A stretch of 63,156 nt of DNA, filler included, from Octopus bimaculoides (taxonomy: Eukaryota): the NCBI RefSeq assembly GCF_001194135.2. It is 11 parts of 9 records of this genome, joined end to end, with 100 filler letters (N's around TTAATTAATTAA, not from the genome) between each part and the next. Parts side by side here need not be neighbours in the genome. Positions count along the whole stretch, not along the records: positions 48,860 to 51,305 come from NC_068997.1; positions 51,406 to 52,789 come from NC_068982.1; positions 52,890 to 58,633 come from NC_069005.1; positions 58,734 to 61,966 come from NC_069002.1; 7 more parts are not named here. The stretch is one strand, 5' to 3'. The notes under the pieces are model-generated. The model was not told the DNA's origin. It saw only the letters and a list, made by a program, of their open reading frames with translations, and searched no databases. Positions 49,496 to 60,424 of this stretch are shown piece after piece. The translations under genes were made by a program, and so were the position numbers. The first letter of the stretch is position 1; each line of letters starts with the position of its first letter.

Positions 49496-51305
49496 CCTCT
49501 CCCGTTTTGAAGTTTTGTTTTCCTAGAGAGTTCAGAACCGTTTCCGCTTAGGAATTATTTCTAAATGTTCAGTCTTTTCACATTTTCTGTTACTGCTTCT
49601 TCTAGGTTCAATCTCTTTCGCTGCTGGCACATCGAACATGCCGTTAAACGCTTCCATTGGAATTTCCTTCCTTTCTTCTGTATGTCTAATTTTTAATTGA
49701 TTTGGTGTCGTTTATGCTCACATCGTTGGCCTTTTATTAAATACATTAGGTTTCCAATTTTTTTAGACACTATATTGTCCTTCCAGCCTTCTTTACCATT
49801 TTTGTATATTTTGAAATGGATTTTGTGTCCAACATCGAAATGTTTAGTTGAAATTTTTGTAGTTTCTCTATACGTTTTTTCATTTGGTAACAATTTGTCG
49901 AAGATCGATTTTATCTCCCGGGCGAACATTATCTCTGCAGGCGACTTGTCTGAACTGGTATTCGGATTGGGCGTTATTCTGTACGCCCTTAAGAATTTAG
50001 TTAACGCTTCATCATTTCCTAAATCGTTCCTTGTTATTTTTAGTGCTCGATTAAAAGTATCTACAAATTGTTCTGCTTGCCCATTTGATCTCGGGTGGTT
50101 GAGCGGGGTAGAAATGTACTTGGTGGCATGCATTTTGCAGAAATCTTTGAATTTGCATCCTCTGAATTGCGTTCCGTTGTCCGATATTATGGTGTCCGAG
50201 CAAAAAGTTCGTGCTAGAACTTTATCGTTGCCTTCAAGGTTGGTTGACTGCAACTACATACTTCCGGCCACTTGGTAAAGCTATCAACAATGATCAAGTA
50301 GTACGCGTTATTCACCAGTCCAGCATAGGCTATACGTACCCTGGGCCATAGACTATCAGTCTCAGGCCGCGATCGGTATTTCACGGGTGGTGCCTTGGCT
50401 GCTGGCGCACAACCTCTACATGATTTCACCAAATTTTCAATGTCCCGGTCCATTGTCGGCCAAAACACGTAACTCCACTATGGAATTCATGTAATACGAG
50501 TTTCTGTAATGCACTTGATGCTACCACTCCTTATGCGGACATTAATACATCGTCGCAGAGTGGAAAATGGTTTGCATTTGTGTTTCTCTTTTTTTTCTTC
50601 CCGGTCGACATGCCTGTACATGTGAGAAATGCTTCTCTTCAATTTTTCTTGCTTCCCGACGTAAGTTTACCATTCTTTCACACACTCCTGAAACTGTCTG
50701 CGGGGTTAAACTCTTGTCCGCTTTTTCAAGTTTTGTGAGAATTCTTGCACGTATTTCCGCTTCTTTGTTTGCCGTGAGCCCTTGTATAAAAATGAGGCAC
50801 TTAAACACATCAGAAGCTAGTTCCTTCAGTTTAAACCTTTCGTACATTTTGTTTACAGTCCCGGCTTGCATGACAAAGTCTTCATCCTCTTTTTAACTAG
50901 ATTCGAGTTAAATAAGGAACTCTCATCACTGGAAATTTTTGGTAATAATTCGTCTGTTTCCTGAAAACAAATTTCACTAGTATTTTGGGTAGTATAAAAT
51001 TACAATGTTTTTCATGTTCTGACGGCGCTAATTTACGTAATAATAATTTTACTTTTTCGTTGTTCGTCCACGACTTGCAATTTTCCCTATAGATTTCTTC
51101 GTACCTTCTAAATAAAGGACGCCGCAAACGTTATACCCTCCTTTGGGTTATAACTGAATTCTGTTATAGCATTCGCTACACTGTATGGCGAAAACAAACT
51201 TGCAGAGTTTCCCAACTTCCATATCAGTACCAGTAACTGCTGTTCGACTCATGGGTATTGTTGTTCGGCTCGTTCCGCTGTTGCTGCCGCACTCCAGTTG
51301 CATAT
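49496..51305 (-). mobile_element. Ty3/Gypsy LTR retrotransposon internal region: gag and integrase, PR/RT/RNaseH missing
   Basis: Integrase zinc region FWPTMDRDIENLVKSCRGC and core IIVDSFTKWPEV...IISDNGTQF...HPRSNGQAEQFVDTF...FLRAYRITPN...SPAE. Gag-like AITEFSYNPKEGITF, FRRYEEIY...KVKLLLRKL...FILPK and FKCLIFIQGL. Frameshifted; 5' end in gap. Confidence 0.9.
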
Positions 51306-51405
51306 NNNNNNNNNNNNNNNNNNNNNNNNNNNNNNNNNNNNNNNNNNNNTTAATTAATTAANNNNNNNNNNNNNNNNNNNNNNNNNNNNNNNNNNNNNNN
51401 NNNNN

Positions 51406-51511
<106 letters not shown>

Positions 51512-51514
51512 CAT

Positions 51515-51730
51515 CTAAGGCGGCAAGCTGGCAGAATCGTTAGCGTGCTGGAATAAATGCTTAGCGGTATTTCGCCCATCGCTGCGTTCTGAGTTCAAAT
51601 TGTGCCGAGGTCAGCTTTGCCTTTCATCCTTTCGAGGTCGATAAATTAAGTACCAGTGAAATACTTGGGGTCGATGCAATCGACTTATCTCTTCCTCCAA
51701 AATGGCTGCCCTTGTGGCAAAATTTGAAAC
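51515..51730 (+). mobile_element. SINE family B after an (ATT)n tract
   Basis: Family B core and tail. Confidence 0.8.
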
Positions 51731-51948
51731 TATTATTATTACCATCATCATCATCATCATCCGTTTTTTTGGTGGTTGTGCGTTTGATCTTGCTTTGTTG
51801 GTTTTATTTATATTATTATTATAACGACAAAACGTTTTGGCCATTTCGCTTTATATTTTGCATAATAGTATTAACNNNNNNNNNNNNNNNNNNNNNNNNN
51901 NNNNNNNNNNNNNNNNNNNNATAATAATTATGTATATATATGTATATA

Positions 51949-51980
<32 letters not shown>

Positions 51981-52066
51981 CACCATGATAGATCGCTGAC
52001 CACTGCACATAATTTTTCTCTCCGTTTTCTTCTCTCCTTGTTTCTCTCCTTGTTCCTTTCTGTGTT

Positions 52067-52104
52067 TCTTTCTATTGAAGAGCGTAGGCTCGAAACGTTA
52101 AAGA
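52067..52104 (+). ncRNA. Degenerate minimal type I hammerhead ribozyme within a ~215-bp TA-flanked element (51981-52195)
   Basis: TCTTT-CTATTGA-A-GAGcgtaggCTC-GAAAC-GTT-AAAGA. Stems I and II are perfect and stem III is the ACGT palindrome; the core has G5A and A6U changes. Confidence 0.6.
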
Positions 52105-52252
52105 CTTTCTCTATTCCCGAGCGTTATACTAATACATCAATTTGTTGTTTACACCACCTGTCTTCGTCTGTTGTTTTTACGTGAATTCTCCCTATATATA
52201 TGTATATATATAATCGATATTATGTATATATATATACATTCATATATCATCG

Positions 52253-52611
52253 TGGCACTCCGTCGGTTACTACGACGAGGGTTCCAGTTGATCCGATCAA
52301 CGGAACAGCCTGTTCGTGAAATTAAGGTGCAAGTGGTTTAGCACTTCACAGGCACGTGTACCCTTAACGTAGTTCTCGAGGAGATTCAGCATGATATAGA
52401 GTATGACAAGATACAACATAAACACGAAGAAAGCTTGAGAGAAAGTTGTGGAGAAAGAGTACAGCAGGGTTCGCCACCACACACTGCCGGAGCCTCGTGG
52501 GGCTTTAGGTGTTTTCACTCAATAAACGTACACAGCGCACGGTCTGGGAATCGTAACCGCGATCCTACGACCGTGAGTCCGCTGCCCTAACCACTGGGCC
52601 ATTGCGCCTCC
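52253..52611 (-). mobile_element. Full-length SINE family A
   Basis: Head ggaggcgcaatggcccagtggttagggcagcgg on the minus strand; body matches 13943-14294. Confidence 0.85.
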
Positions 52612-53005
52612 ATTATATATATATATATATATATATAATTATTATAATATAATCTCTCCTGTTTGTATTTCTCTTGGCCTGGTTGGGATTAACATTCAGC
52701 CAAAACTAATCCATTCAATATCTACTTTGGAACTGACATTATATATTTATTAAGTTTCTTGCAAATCCGATAGTTACAGTGTATCAATTNNNNNNNNNNN
52801 NNNNNNNNNNNNNNNNNNNNNNNNNNNNNNNNNTTAATTAATTAANNNNNNNNNNNNNNNNNNNNNNNNNNNNNNNNNNNNNNNNNNNNATATATATATA
52901 TATATAAATATATCATGTATTGATCCGTGATAGAAAATTCAGCAAAAACGGTACTCCATCTGGTGAGAAATAAATAGTATTTAAAGGTCACAATACATGT
53001 ATTAA

Positions 53006-53060
53006 AGCGCTACTAATAGTTTCATATGTTGAGAAAACCCGAACATACTCTTCAGGATCA
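53006..53060 (-). ncRNA. Type I hammerhead ribozyme motif, complete core, stem I disrupted
   Basis: Minus strand: tgatc-CTGAAGA-GTATGTT-(11-nt loop)-AACATAT-GAAA-C-TATTA-GTA-gcgct. Confidence 0.65.
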
Positions 53061-53061
53061 A

Positions 53062-53405
53062 ACTGCCCAGTTAGAATTTTTTTCGGGTCGAGTAGTCTAT
53101 CCCCCTGAATAAGGGTTGTTTAAATATGTTGAACGAAACACCTATGTTTTTAAAGGTGAATTATCCGAACCCCAAAGAATTCCATTCAATACATGACTAT
53201 AATTCTTCCTCACTACTTCTGCTCGTGATCAGAGATGCACATATTGTCAGTCAGTAAGGGACATGCTCAACTGGTTAAGGTCAAACAACTGACAAGCAGA
53301 ATATTTACTGTAGCCCATATTTTATACCAAGACAAAACATTGTACATGATAACACTTTCAATCAGGCAAGATGAAAAGCCATGAGAGCCACTGCCTGGTA
53401 CTGCA
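53062..53405 (+). mobile_element. Unclassified interspersed repeat (family D)
   Basis: Shares gatcagagatgcacatat..catgctcaactggttaaggtcaaacaactgacaagc..agccactgcctggtactgca with 54794-55008. Confidence 0.7.
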
Positions 53406-53442
53406 GTTATTCTTATTCTTAATCTTATTCTTATTCTTATTC

Positions 53443-53474
<32 letters not shown>

Positions 53475-53484
53475 ATTATTAAAA

Positions 53485-53680
53485 GGGCGAGTTGACAAAA
53501 TCGTTAGTACGCCGGTCAAAATGCTTAGCGGCATTTCGTCTGAGTTCAAATACCGCTGAGGTCGACTTTGCCTTTCATCCTCTCGGGGTCGATAGATTAA
53601 GTACCAGTGAAAGATTGGGGTCAGTGTAATCGACTAGCCCCCTCCCACAAATTTTAGGCCTTGTGGCTACAGAAGAAAAG

Positions 53681-53730
<50 letters not shown>

Positions 53731-53732
53731 TC

Positions 53733-53795
<63 letters not shown>

Positions 53796-54591
53796 TTATT
53801 ATTATTATTATTAAGCTGGCAGAGTCGTTAGCACGCTAAGAAAATTGCTTTGTGGCATTTCATCCACCTTCACTTTCTGTGTTCATATTCTGCCGAGATC
53901 GATTTTGCCTTTCATCCCTTCGCGGCCGATGAAATAATATCAGCCAAGCACTGGGGTCGATGTAATCGACTAGTCCCCTCCCCCAAATTTCAGGCCTTGT
54001 GCTTATAGTAGAAAGAATTGTTATTATTGTTGTTGTTGTTGTTATTTTGGTTTAACTCAGGTTTGATCTTATTACTAGTAGTATTTATGTGGGTAGCGGG
54101 TTACTACCTGTAACCTTAGTATCCGCAAGAGACAACAAGTTAGAAGTTCATGTAGGTGTTATGCCTAGGGTACCATATATTTGGATTTGTACATAGTGTT
54201 GTTCTAGTGAATGTTTAAGGAACCATAAGAAAATTATGTGTTTGTTTTAAAATTTGAGATCACATAGACAGTATTTTACGTAGGATATGGGAAGTTCCCA
54301 TGAGCACTATCTTTTATAATATTATTATTATTATTATCATTATTATTATTATTATTATCATTATTATTATTATTAAGGCGACGAGTTGGATGAATCGTTA
54401 GCATGCCGGGCAAAATCCTTAGAGACATTTCGTCCGTCTGGACGATCTGAGTTCAAATTCTGCCGAAGTTGACTTTATCTTTCATCCGTTCAGGGTCGAT
54501 AAAATAAGTACCAGTTGAACGCTGGGGTCGATGTAATCGACTCATCCCCTCCCCCAAAACTGTTGCCCTTGTGACAAAATTTGAATCCATT

Positions 54592-54595
<4 letters not shown>
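53485..54595 (+). mobile_element. Three SINE family B copies separated by ATT/ACT microsatellites
   Basis: Cores at about 53485-53680, 53815-54020 and 54375-54590. Confidence 0.8.
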
Positions 54596-54681
<86 letters not shown>

Positions 54682-55008
54682 GAGTGAGAGAGCAGTACAT
54701 GCCACTAAAGTGACACTGGGGTAAAATATACGAAGCCCATTATACCCATCATGACTACCCGTCTGATAAGGGTAGACCAGGCANNNNNNNNNNATGATCA
54801 GAGATGCACATATCGTCAGCCACCAAGGAACATGCTCAACTGGTTAAGGTCAAACAACTGACAAGCAAACCTGTGGTATTAAGCAGAATATTTGCTATAG
54901 CCCATCTTTTATACCAAGACAAAACAACGTACATGATAACACTTCCAACCAATTAAGATCAGAAGCCATGGGAGCCACTGCCTGGTACTGCATCCGGGCA
55001 TTATTATT
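54682..55008 (+). mobile_element. Family D repeat
   Basis: Homologous to 53062-53405; a reverse-oriented fragment lies at about 55205-55330. Confidence 0.7.
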
Positions 55009-55022
55009 ATTATTATTATTAC

Positions 55023-55190
55023 AGAGGCGAGCTGGCAGAAACGTTAGCACGCCCGGCGAAATGCTTAGCGGTATTTCGTCCGTCATTACGTTCTGAGTTC
55101 AAATTCCGCCGAGGTCGACTTTGCCTTTCATCCTTTGGGGTTCGATGAAATAAGTATCAGTTGAGTACTGTGGTCGATGTAACTGATGAA
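55023..55190 (+). mobile_element. Young SINE family B copy
   Basis: CpG-intact core ggcgagctggcagaaacgttagcacgcccggcgaaatgcttagcgg. Confidence 0.8.
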
Positions 55191-55854
55191 CTACTCAACC
55201 TGAAGAAAATTCTTACTGGGCTCCACTTGCAAAGTCATATGTTATCTTGATGTGTGATCACCATGTCGCGCACATTTGGTTGTGATGCATGTTCTTGGTG
55301 TACTCTTTTTCAGACGGGTTGTCATGATGTAATTGTAAGTGCATCTTAACACTGAGGCTTTTTCGAATCGCAATTGCCCGAAGCGCACAGAAGAAAATTC
55401 ACCGCTTTGTTGAAGTCATTTAAATACCCTGCGTTCGATATTAGTTTTCTTCACGTTTGGAAGCTTGCACGTGTTCGTATGTGAATTATATAAACATTAT
55501 ATTTGTTGATGTATAAGCGAGAAGCATCAAATGTGCATATGTGTCGAAACTAATACTCGCACTCACGGTCTTGTTCTCAATGCTGTCGTATGCAAATCTC
55601 ATAGTTCTTCGTGTTGTTTACACTTATAAGCAAGCAAAGCATCTGGGAGAAACTGTCTTACATATTCCACATATGAAAGAAATCCTTCGGTTTCCTGAAA
55701 TGACTTCTATTAAAACATAATTTCTTTTTTCTTGTTTTTTGCTGTTTCTTAAATCTTGCTTGGCGTTGGTCTCAGATTTAATCTTTCCTCGTAGGGAGCT
55801 CGCTGACATAAGTCCATGATGTTCATTATTCGCTACGAAATTATTGTTGTTGTT

Positions 55855-56075
55855 GCTAAGGCACCAAACTGGCAGATTCGTTAGCACACCGATCACAATG
55901 TAGCGGCATTTCATCTATCTTTATGTTTTGAGTTCAAATTCCACTGAGGCCGATTTTCCCTTTCATTGTTTCAGGTCAATAACATATGAACCAACTAAAT
56001 GTTGGGATCGATTTAATCGACTTACCCACTTCCCGAAACTCCTGGCCTTGTACCAAATTTTGAAACCATTATCAT
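55855..56075 (+). mobile_element. SINE family B, directly upstream of the R4/Dong-like LINE
   Basis: Ends ggccttgtaccaaattttgaaaccattat. Confidence 0.75.
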
Positions 56076-56077
56076 AA

Positions 56078-57290
56078 AAAAATATATTGGCTTCATAGTT
56101 AAATGCCAGAAATATAATTGCAGCAATAAACACGCGCCCAGTCGCAATAGTTCGCTATGGCACTGGAATCCTGAAATGGACAGAGAAGGAACTAAAAGAG
56201 ATGGACAGGAAGTCAAGAAAGCTACCAACAATGCATGGAGCCCATCATCCACGTGCAAACATTGAATGCCTATACATGAAGAGAGCAAATAGAGGAAGGG
56301 GACTGATAAGTGTGGAAGACTGTGTACGTATCGAATAGGAGACCTTAATGAAATACCCAGCCCAAAGTAAGGAGACCTTGCTACTGTCAGATGGGAATGA
56401 GGGAGTATTGAAAACAAAGGAAACAAAGAAAGAAGTACAAAACGTACATGAAGAAGAATTACGCAAGAAGGGACTACACAATCAATTCCATGTAGTCACA
56501 GCAGAAGTTGCTAGAAAGCATAGATGGGATTGGCTGAAGAAAGGATCACTTAAAAAAAAGCACTATATTGGCAGCGCAAGACCAAGCTTTGGCCACAAAT
56601 TAGAGGGTCAACTTTAGGAATGAGCAAGTGTCTCCGCTGTGCCGCATCTGTAATAGAGTGGATGAAACCGTTGTCCATATCACGAACGAATACCCTAGAC
56701 TTTCTCAAAGCCACTACAAGTTGTGGTGACACGACGAGGTAGTGAAAACGCTACACTGGAAACTGTGTGAAAGGGCGAGAGAGAGGCAAGACGTGGTATG
56801 AGCACAAACCGCAGAGATTGCCGGAGTCGGAGACTTGCAAAACCCCCTGGGATTTTCCAATTCAAGCAGATCAGGTATTAGAGCATAACAGACCGGACCT
56901 AGTGGTGGTCGGCAAGATGCACCACAAGTGCTGTATAGTTGATGTTGCGTGTCCCTTTGACCCACGAATAGTCAAGAAGGAAGGCGAAAAAATAGATAAA
57001 AATACAACCCACTTAAGTATGAAATACCCCGGTTATGGAAAATGAAGAAGGCGAAGGTAGTGCCAATTATCATTGCGTCCTAGGGAACACTATCAGAAGG
57101 CAACAAGAGAAATATAAAGGAAATTGGAATAGAGTGCTCAGTAGAACTGTTACAAAAGGTTTGCCACCTTAGCACGGCCAAAATAATCAGGAAAGTATTG
57201 GTACCGTAGGCTGCAGGCAGCAAACCCGCTACGCATGTAAGACTCCAGGAGCTCCAGCAAAACCTGTGATAAAAAGAAATAATACTGTCA
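56078..57290 (+). mobile_element. 5'-truncated R4/Dong-clade non-LTR retrotransposon relic (RT C-terminus, CCHC knuckle, REL endonuclease)
   Basis: LNARNIIAAINT..VAIVRYGTGILKWT...DRKSRK...HHPRAN...RGRGLISVEDC; CRICNRVDETVVHI; WYEHKP..WDFPIQADQVLEHNRPDLVVV...IVDVACPFD..I.KKE.EK; PIII..LGT. Multiple stops and frameshifts; short TAA/TAC tail. Confidence 0.88.
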
Positions 57291-57769
57291 CTAATACTAC
57301 TACTGCTGCTGCCGCTGCTGCCGCCGCCGCCGCCGCCTAACATGAAGAGATGTGTGATTTTGTTACTCAGCAGAATTTGCTGATTTAGCAAGCGTAATTG
57401 AAGGGAAAGAACATTCCTTTTTTCCTTGTTATTTTTGTTCTTTCATTTTAATTATTTTCTTCAGGGAACTGTTCTGAGACGTACTTCGATATCTCTTCCT
57501 CGTGGAGAAAGAAGAAACGCATTGTTAGTCATTTTCCGATATTTTTAAAGAACATAAAATTCTGTTTTCATTCGGTATAAATAATTGGCTACAACTCAAC
57601 TCAGACATAACGCCCACTAAAAAAATATTCGGTTGAATATAATTGCTCTAAAAGAAAACAATAAAATATAAAGAAAGTTAATTTAATCACAGTGCAAATG
57701 ACAAACATTTCACGAAGAGAACAAAACAGCAGCGTTGAAGTAAATATTAGTAGCGTTATAGCAAAAATC

Positions 57770-57950
57770 AGAAGCGATAACACGCATGCGCGTTTCGTCA
57801 AGCGAAGTAGTGAACGGAAGAGTTTAACGAAGAAGCAAGCAAAGCGTTTCTAGGCTTTCTACTTTCGCTGGAGCTACCTTAACCATACGGTTCCTTTGTG
57901 TGAATTATCTGGTGAAGATAAAATCTGCTTGGCAGGGGTGACGTGTAAGA
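57770..57950. promoter_or_regulatory. Candidate promoter (NRF1-like and ETS-like motifs in a CpG patch)
   Basis: CACGCATGCGCG at 57781-57792 and ACGGAAG at 57814-57820 in CpG-rich unique DNA. Inference only. Confidence 0.35.
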
Positions 57951-58312
57951 AAAGAAGATAAATCAATACTTAGTACCTATTCGAACATCAGAAAAATATG
58001 GAAAGTAGCTTATCTCTGAATCTTGAAATATGCACGAGATTTTCTCATGTCCACCAAATGAGCAACTAGAGAACAACCACAGATGTGTAGTTTGAAACAT
58101 TCCACTTAAAACCACCGTTATTCAAGAAAACGAACAACTACCACTGTTGCTAATACTGATGCTTCTGCAAATACTAATATAACTACCGTTACTACTACTA
58201 ATTATTTAAGTAATCTTTCCTACATCTTAACCACCAAAATTCTATTCTAACCTGTTAAACTTCATTGTCATTGATATATCTATCTATCTATATATATATA
58301 TATATATATATA

Positions 58313-58382
58313 TTCCGCTGAAGATAGGTGACCTGGTAAAACATTTTATTTTGCTAAAATAACTTGAAACCATGGTACGGAA
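58313..58382 (+). ncRNA. Type I hammerhead ribozyme with intact catalytic core, in a ~200-bp TA-flanked element (58311-58512)
   Basis: TTCCG-CTGAAGA-(long imperfect stem II)-GAAA-C-CATG-GTA-CGGAA. Stem I is perfect, stem III is the palindrome ACCATGGT and the cleavage triplet is GUA. Confidence 0.75.
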
Positions 58383-58733
58383 AATAGATTGGCGAATGTT
58401 TTTATTTTTCATTCCTTTTCGAAATTATCCCCAATTTTTGGTATAGAGTTTTTTGCTGCTCTTTCTAGCGGGTTAGATATCCTATTATAGGCATCTCTGT
58501 ATTTTAAACGTATATATATATATATATACACAATCATACACAATCATACAATCATACAATCATACACAATCATACACAATCATACAAAAAACCCCACCTT
58601 TTTTGTATTTATTTTTACTCGCACATATATATANNNNNNNNNNNNNNNNNNNNNNNNNNNNNNNNNNNNNNNNNNNNTTAATTAATTAANNNNNNNNNNN
58701 NNNNNNNNNNNNNNNNNNNNNNNNNNNNNNNNN

Positions 58734-59149
58734 TCTTAAGGTGCGAGAGTAACAATGTACACATAGAACCCTAAGGTCAGATCTATTGTTAATTAGATTA
58801 GGATTATCCTTAAGTTTAAAAATTTCATAAATTTCCATAGAGCACAGTCCACAGCCATATCTACTATTTCTATAGGGTTGTGCTCTCCTGACGATTTCCT
58901 ATTTAAGATTAAAATCGATACCATTTTCTTTCAATTCCCAAATTTTATTAGATAATGATGTGCTATTGGCCTTCTGTTTAAGTCTAAACAAAGAAAAATG
59001 ATTGTATAATCGCTGTTTCAGATTGATTGTGCAACCAACATAAATGTAATTATTAGTTGGAGTAGCTACTGTACATTTATAGACCACATTATGGGCTAAA
59101 CAACGGCCAGATACCGGGGCAGTGGGCTTTAATTCTACAATTGCAATCA
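58734..59149 (-). mobile_element. Penelope-like element, GIY-YIG endonuclease portion
   Basis: SGRCLAHNVVYKCTV...YIYVGCTINLKQRLYNH...STSLSNKIWELK, followed by C..C..E (CGLCSME). Confidence 0.88.
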
Positions 59150-60424
59150 TCATCATCATCATTGTTTAACGTCTGCTTTCCATGCTAGCATGGGTTGGAC
59201 GATTTGACTGAGGACTGGTGAAACTGGATGGCTACACCAGGCTCCAATCTGATTTGGCAGAGTTTCTACAGCTGGATGCCCTTCTTAACTCCAACCACTC
59301 TGAGAGTGTAGTGGGTGCTTTTACATGCCACCCGCACGAGGCCAGTCAGGCAGTACTGGCAACGGCCACGCTCAAAATGGTGTATTTTATGTGCCACCCG
59401 AACAAGAGTCAGTCCAGGGGCACCGGCAACGATCTCACTCGAAAGTCCATTACACATGCCACAGGCACAAGTGCCAGAAAGGCGACGCTGGGCACAGGTG
59501 CCATCCCGATTTTACTTTCGCTTGCCCCAATAAGTCTTCGCAAGCTGAGTTTCGTGCCCAATGAAGGAGACGACGTTGGCATGGGTGCCAGTCGTCGAAT
59601 TTANNNNNNNNNNCTTTTCTCTCAAGATACTTACACTCTGTTGGGTATGCACACTGACATTACCCATCCATCAGAGCAGACTGGCTTCATTCCTTGTGAG
59701 CTTACACATGTCCTCAGTAGTCACAACCCATGTTTCACTGCCATGTAGCATGGCTGTTCGTACACATGCGTCATACAGTCTGCCTTTTACTCTGAGTGAG
59801 ACTCCCTTTGTCGCCAGCAGAGGTAAGAGCTCTCTGATCTTTGCTCAGGCTATTCTTATTTTAGCAGCTACACTTTCAGTGCACCCACCCCCACTACTAA
59901 CTTGGTCACCCAGATAGTGGAAGCTATCAACTACCTCTAGTTTTTCTCCCTGGAATGAGACAGAAGTTATTTCCTGTTTGTTTACAGTGTTTATTGCACC
60001 TGAACATCTGCCATATACAAAAACTAACTTCCTAGTTAACCTGCTTTGATATTGCTGCACCCCTTATGTGTCCATAGCTTGCAATGGGTACATCTTATAG
60101 AGTTACTACCTACACCTTTTCTACATATCGAACAGGGCCATCTACCTGAAGGGGTTTGTGTTTTATCTACCTTCCTACTTATTAGGACTTTGGTTTTAGC
60201 TAGGTTTACTCTAAGACCCTTCGATTCTAGTCCTTGCTTCCACACCTGAAACTTCTCCTCTAGTTCTAATAGTGACTCAGCAATTAGTGCAAGGTCATCA
60301 GCATAGAGGAGCTCCCAGGGGCATCCTGACTTGAATTCCTCTGTTATCGCCTGGAGGACTATGATAAATAGGAGGGGGCTGAGGACAGAGCCTTGGTGGA
60401 CCCCTACCTCTACCCGGAATTCAT
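59150..60424 (-). mobile_element. 5'-truncated RTE LINE nested in the Penelope element, 9-bp TSD
   Basis: GVHQGSVLSPLLF, YADD at 60294-60305, GLRVNLAKTK, FHYLG and VRTAMLHGSETW; 3' UTR and (ATG)n tail. TTGCAATCA at 59141-59149 and 60425-60433. Confidence 0.92.

Noticed and set aside
49697-50896. Plus-strand ORFs of 193 and 109 aa
   Set aside because: Antisense to Gypsy integrase and gag.
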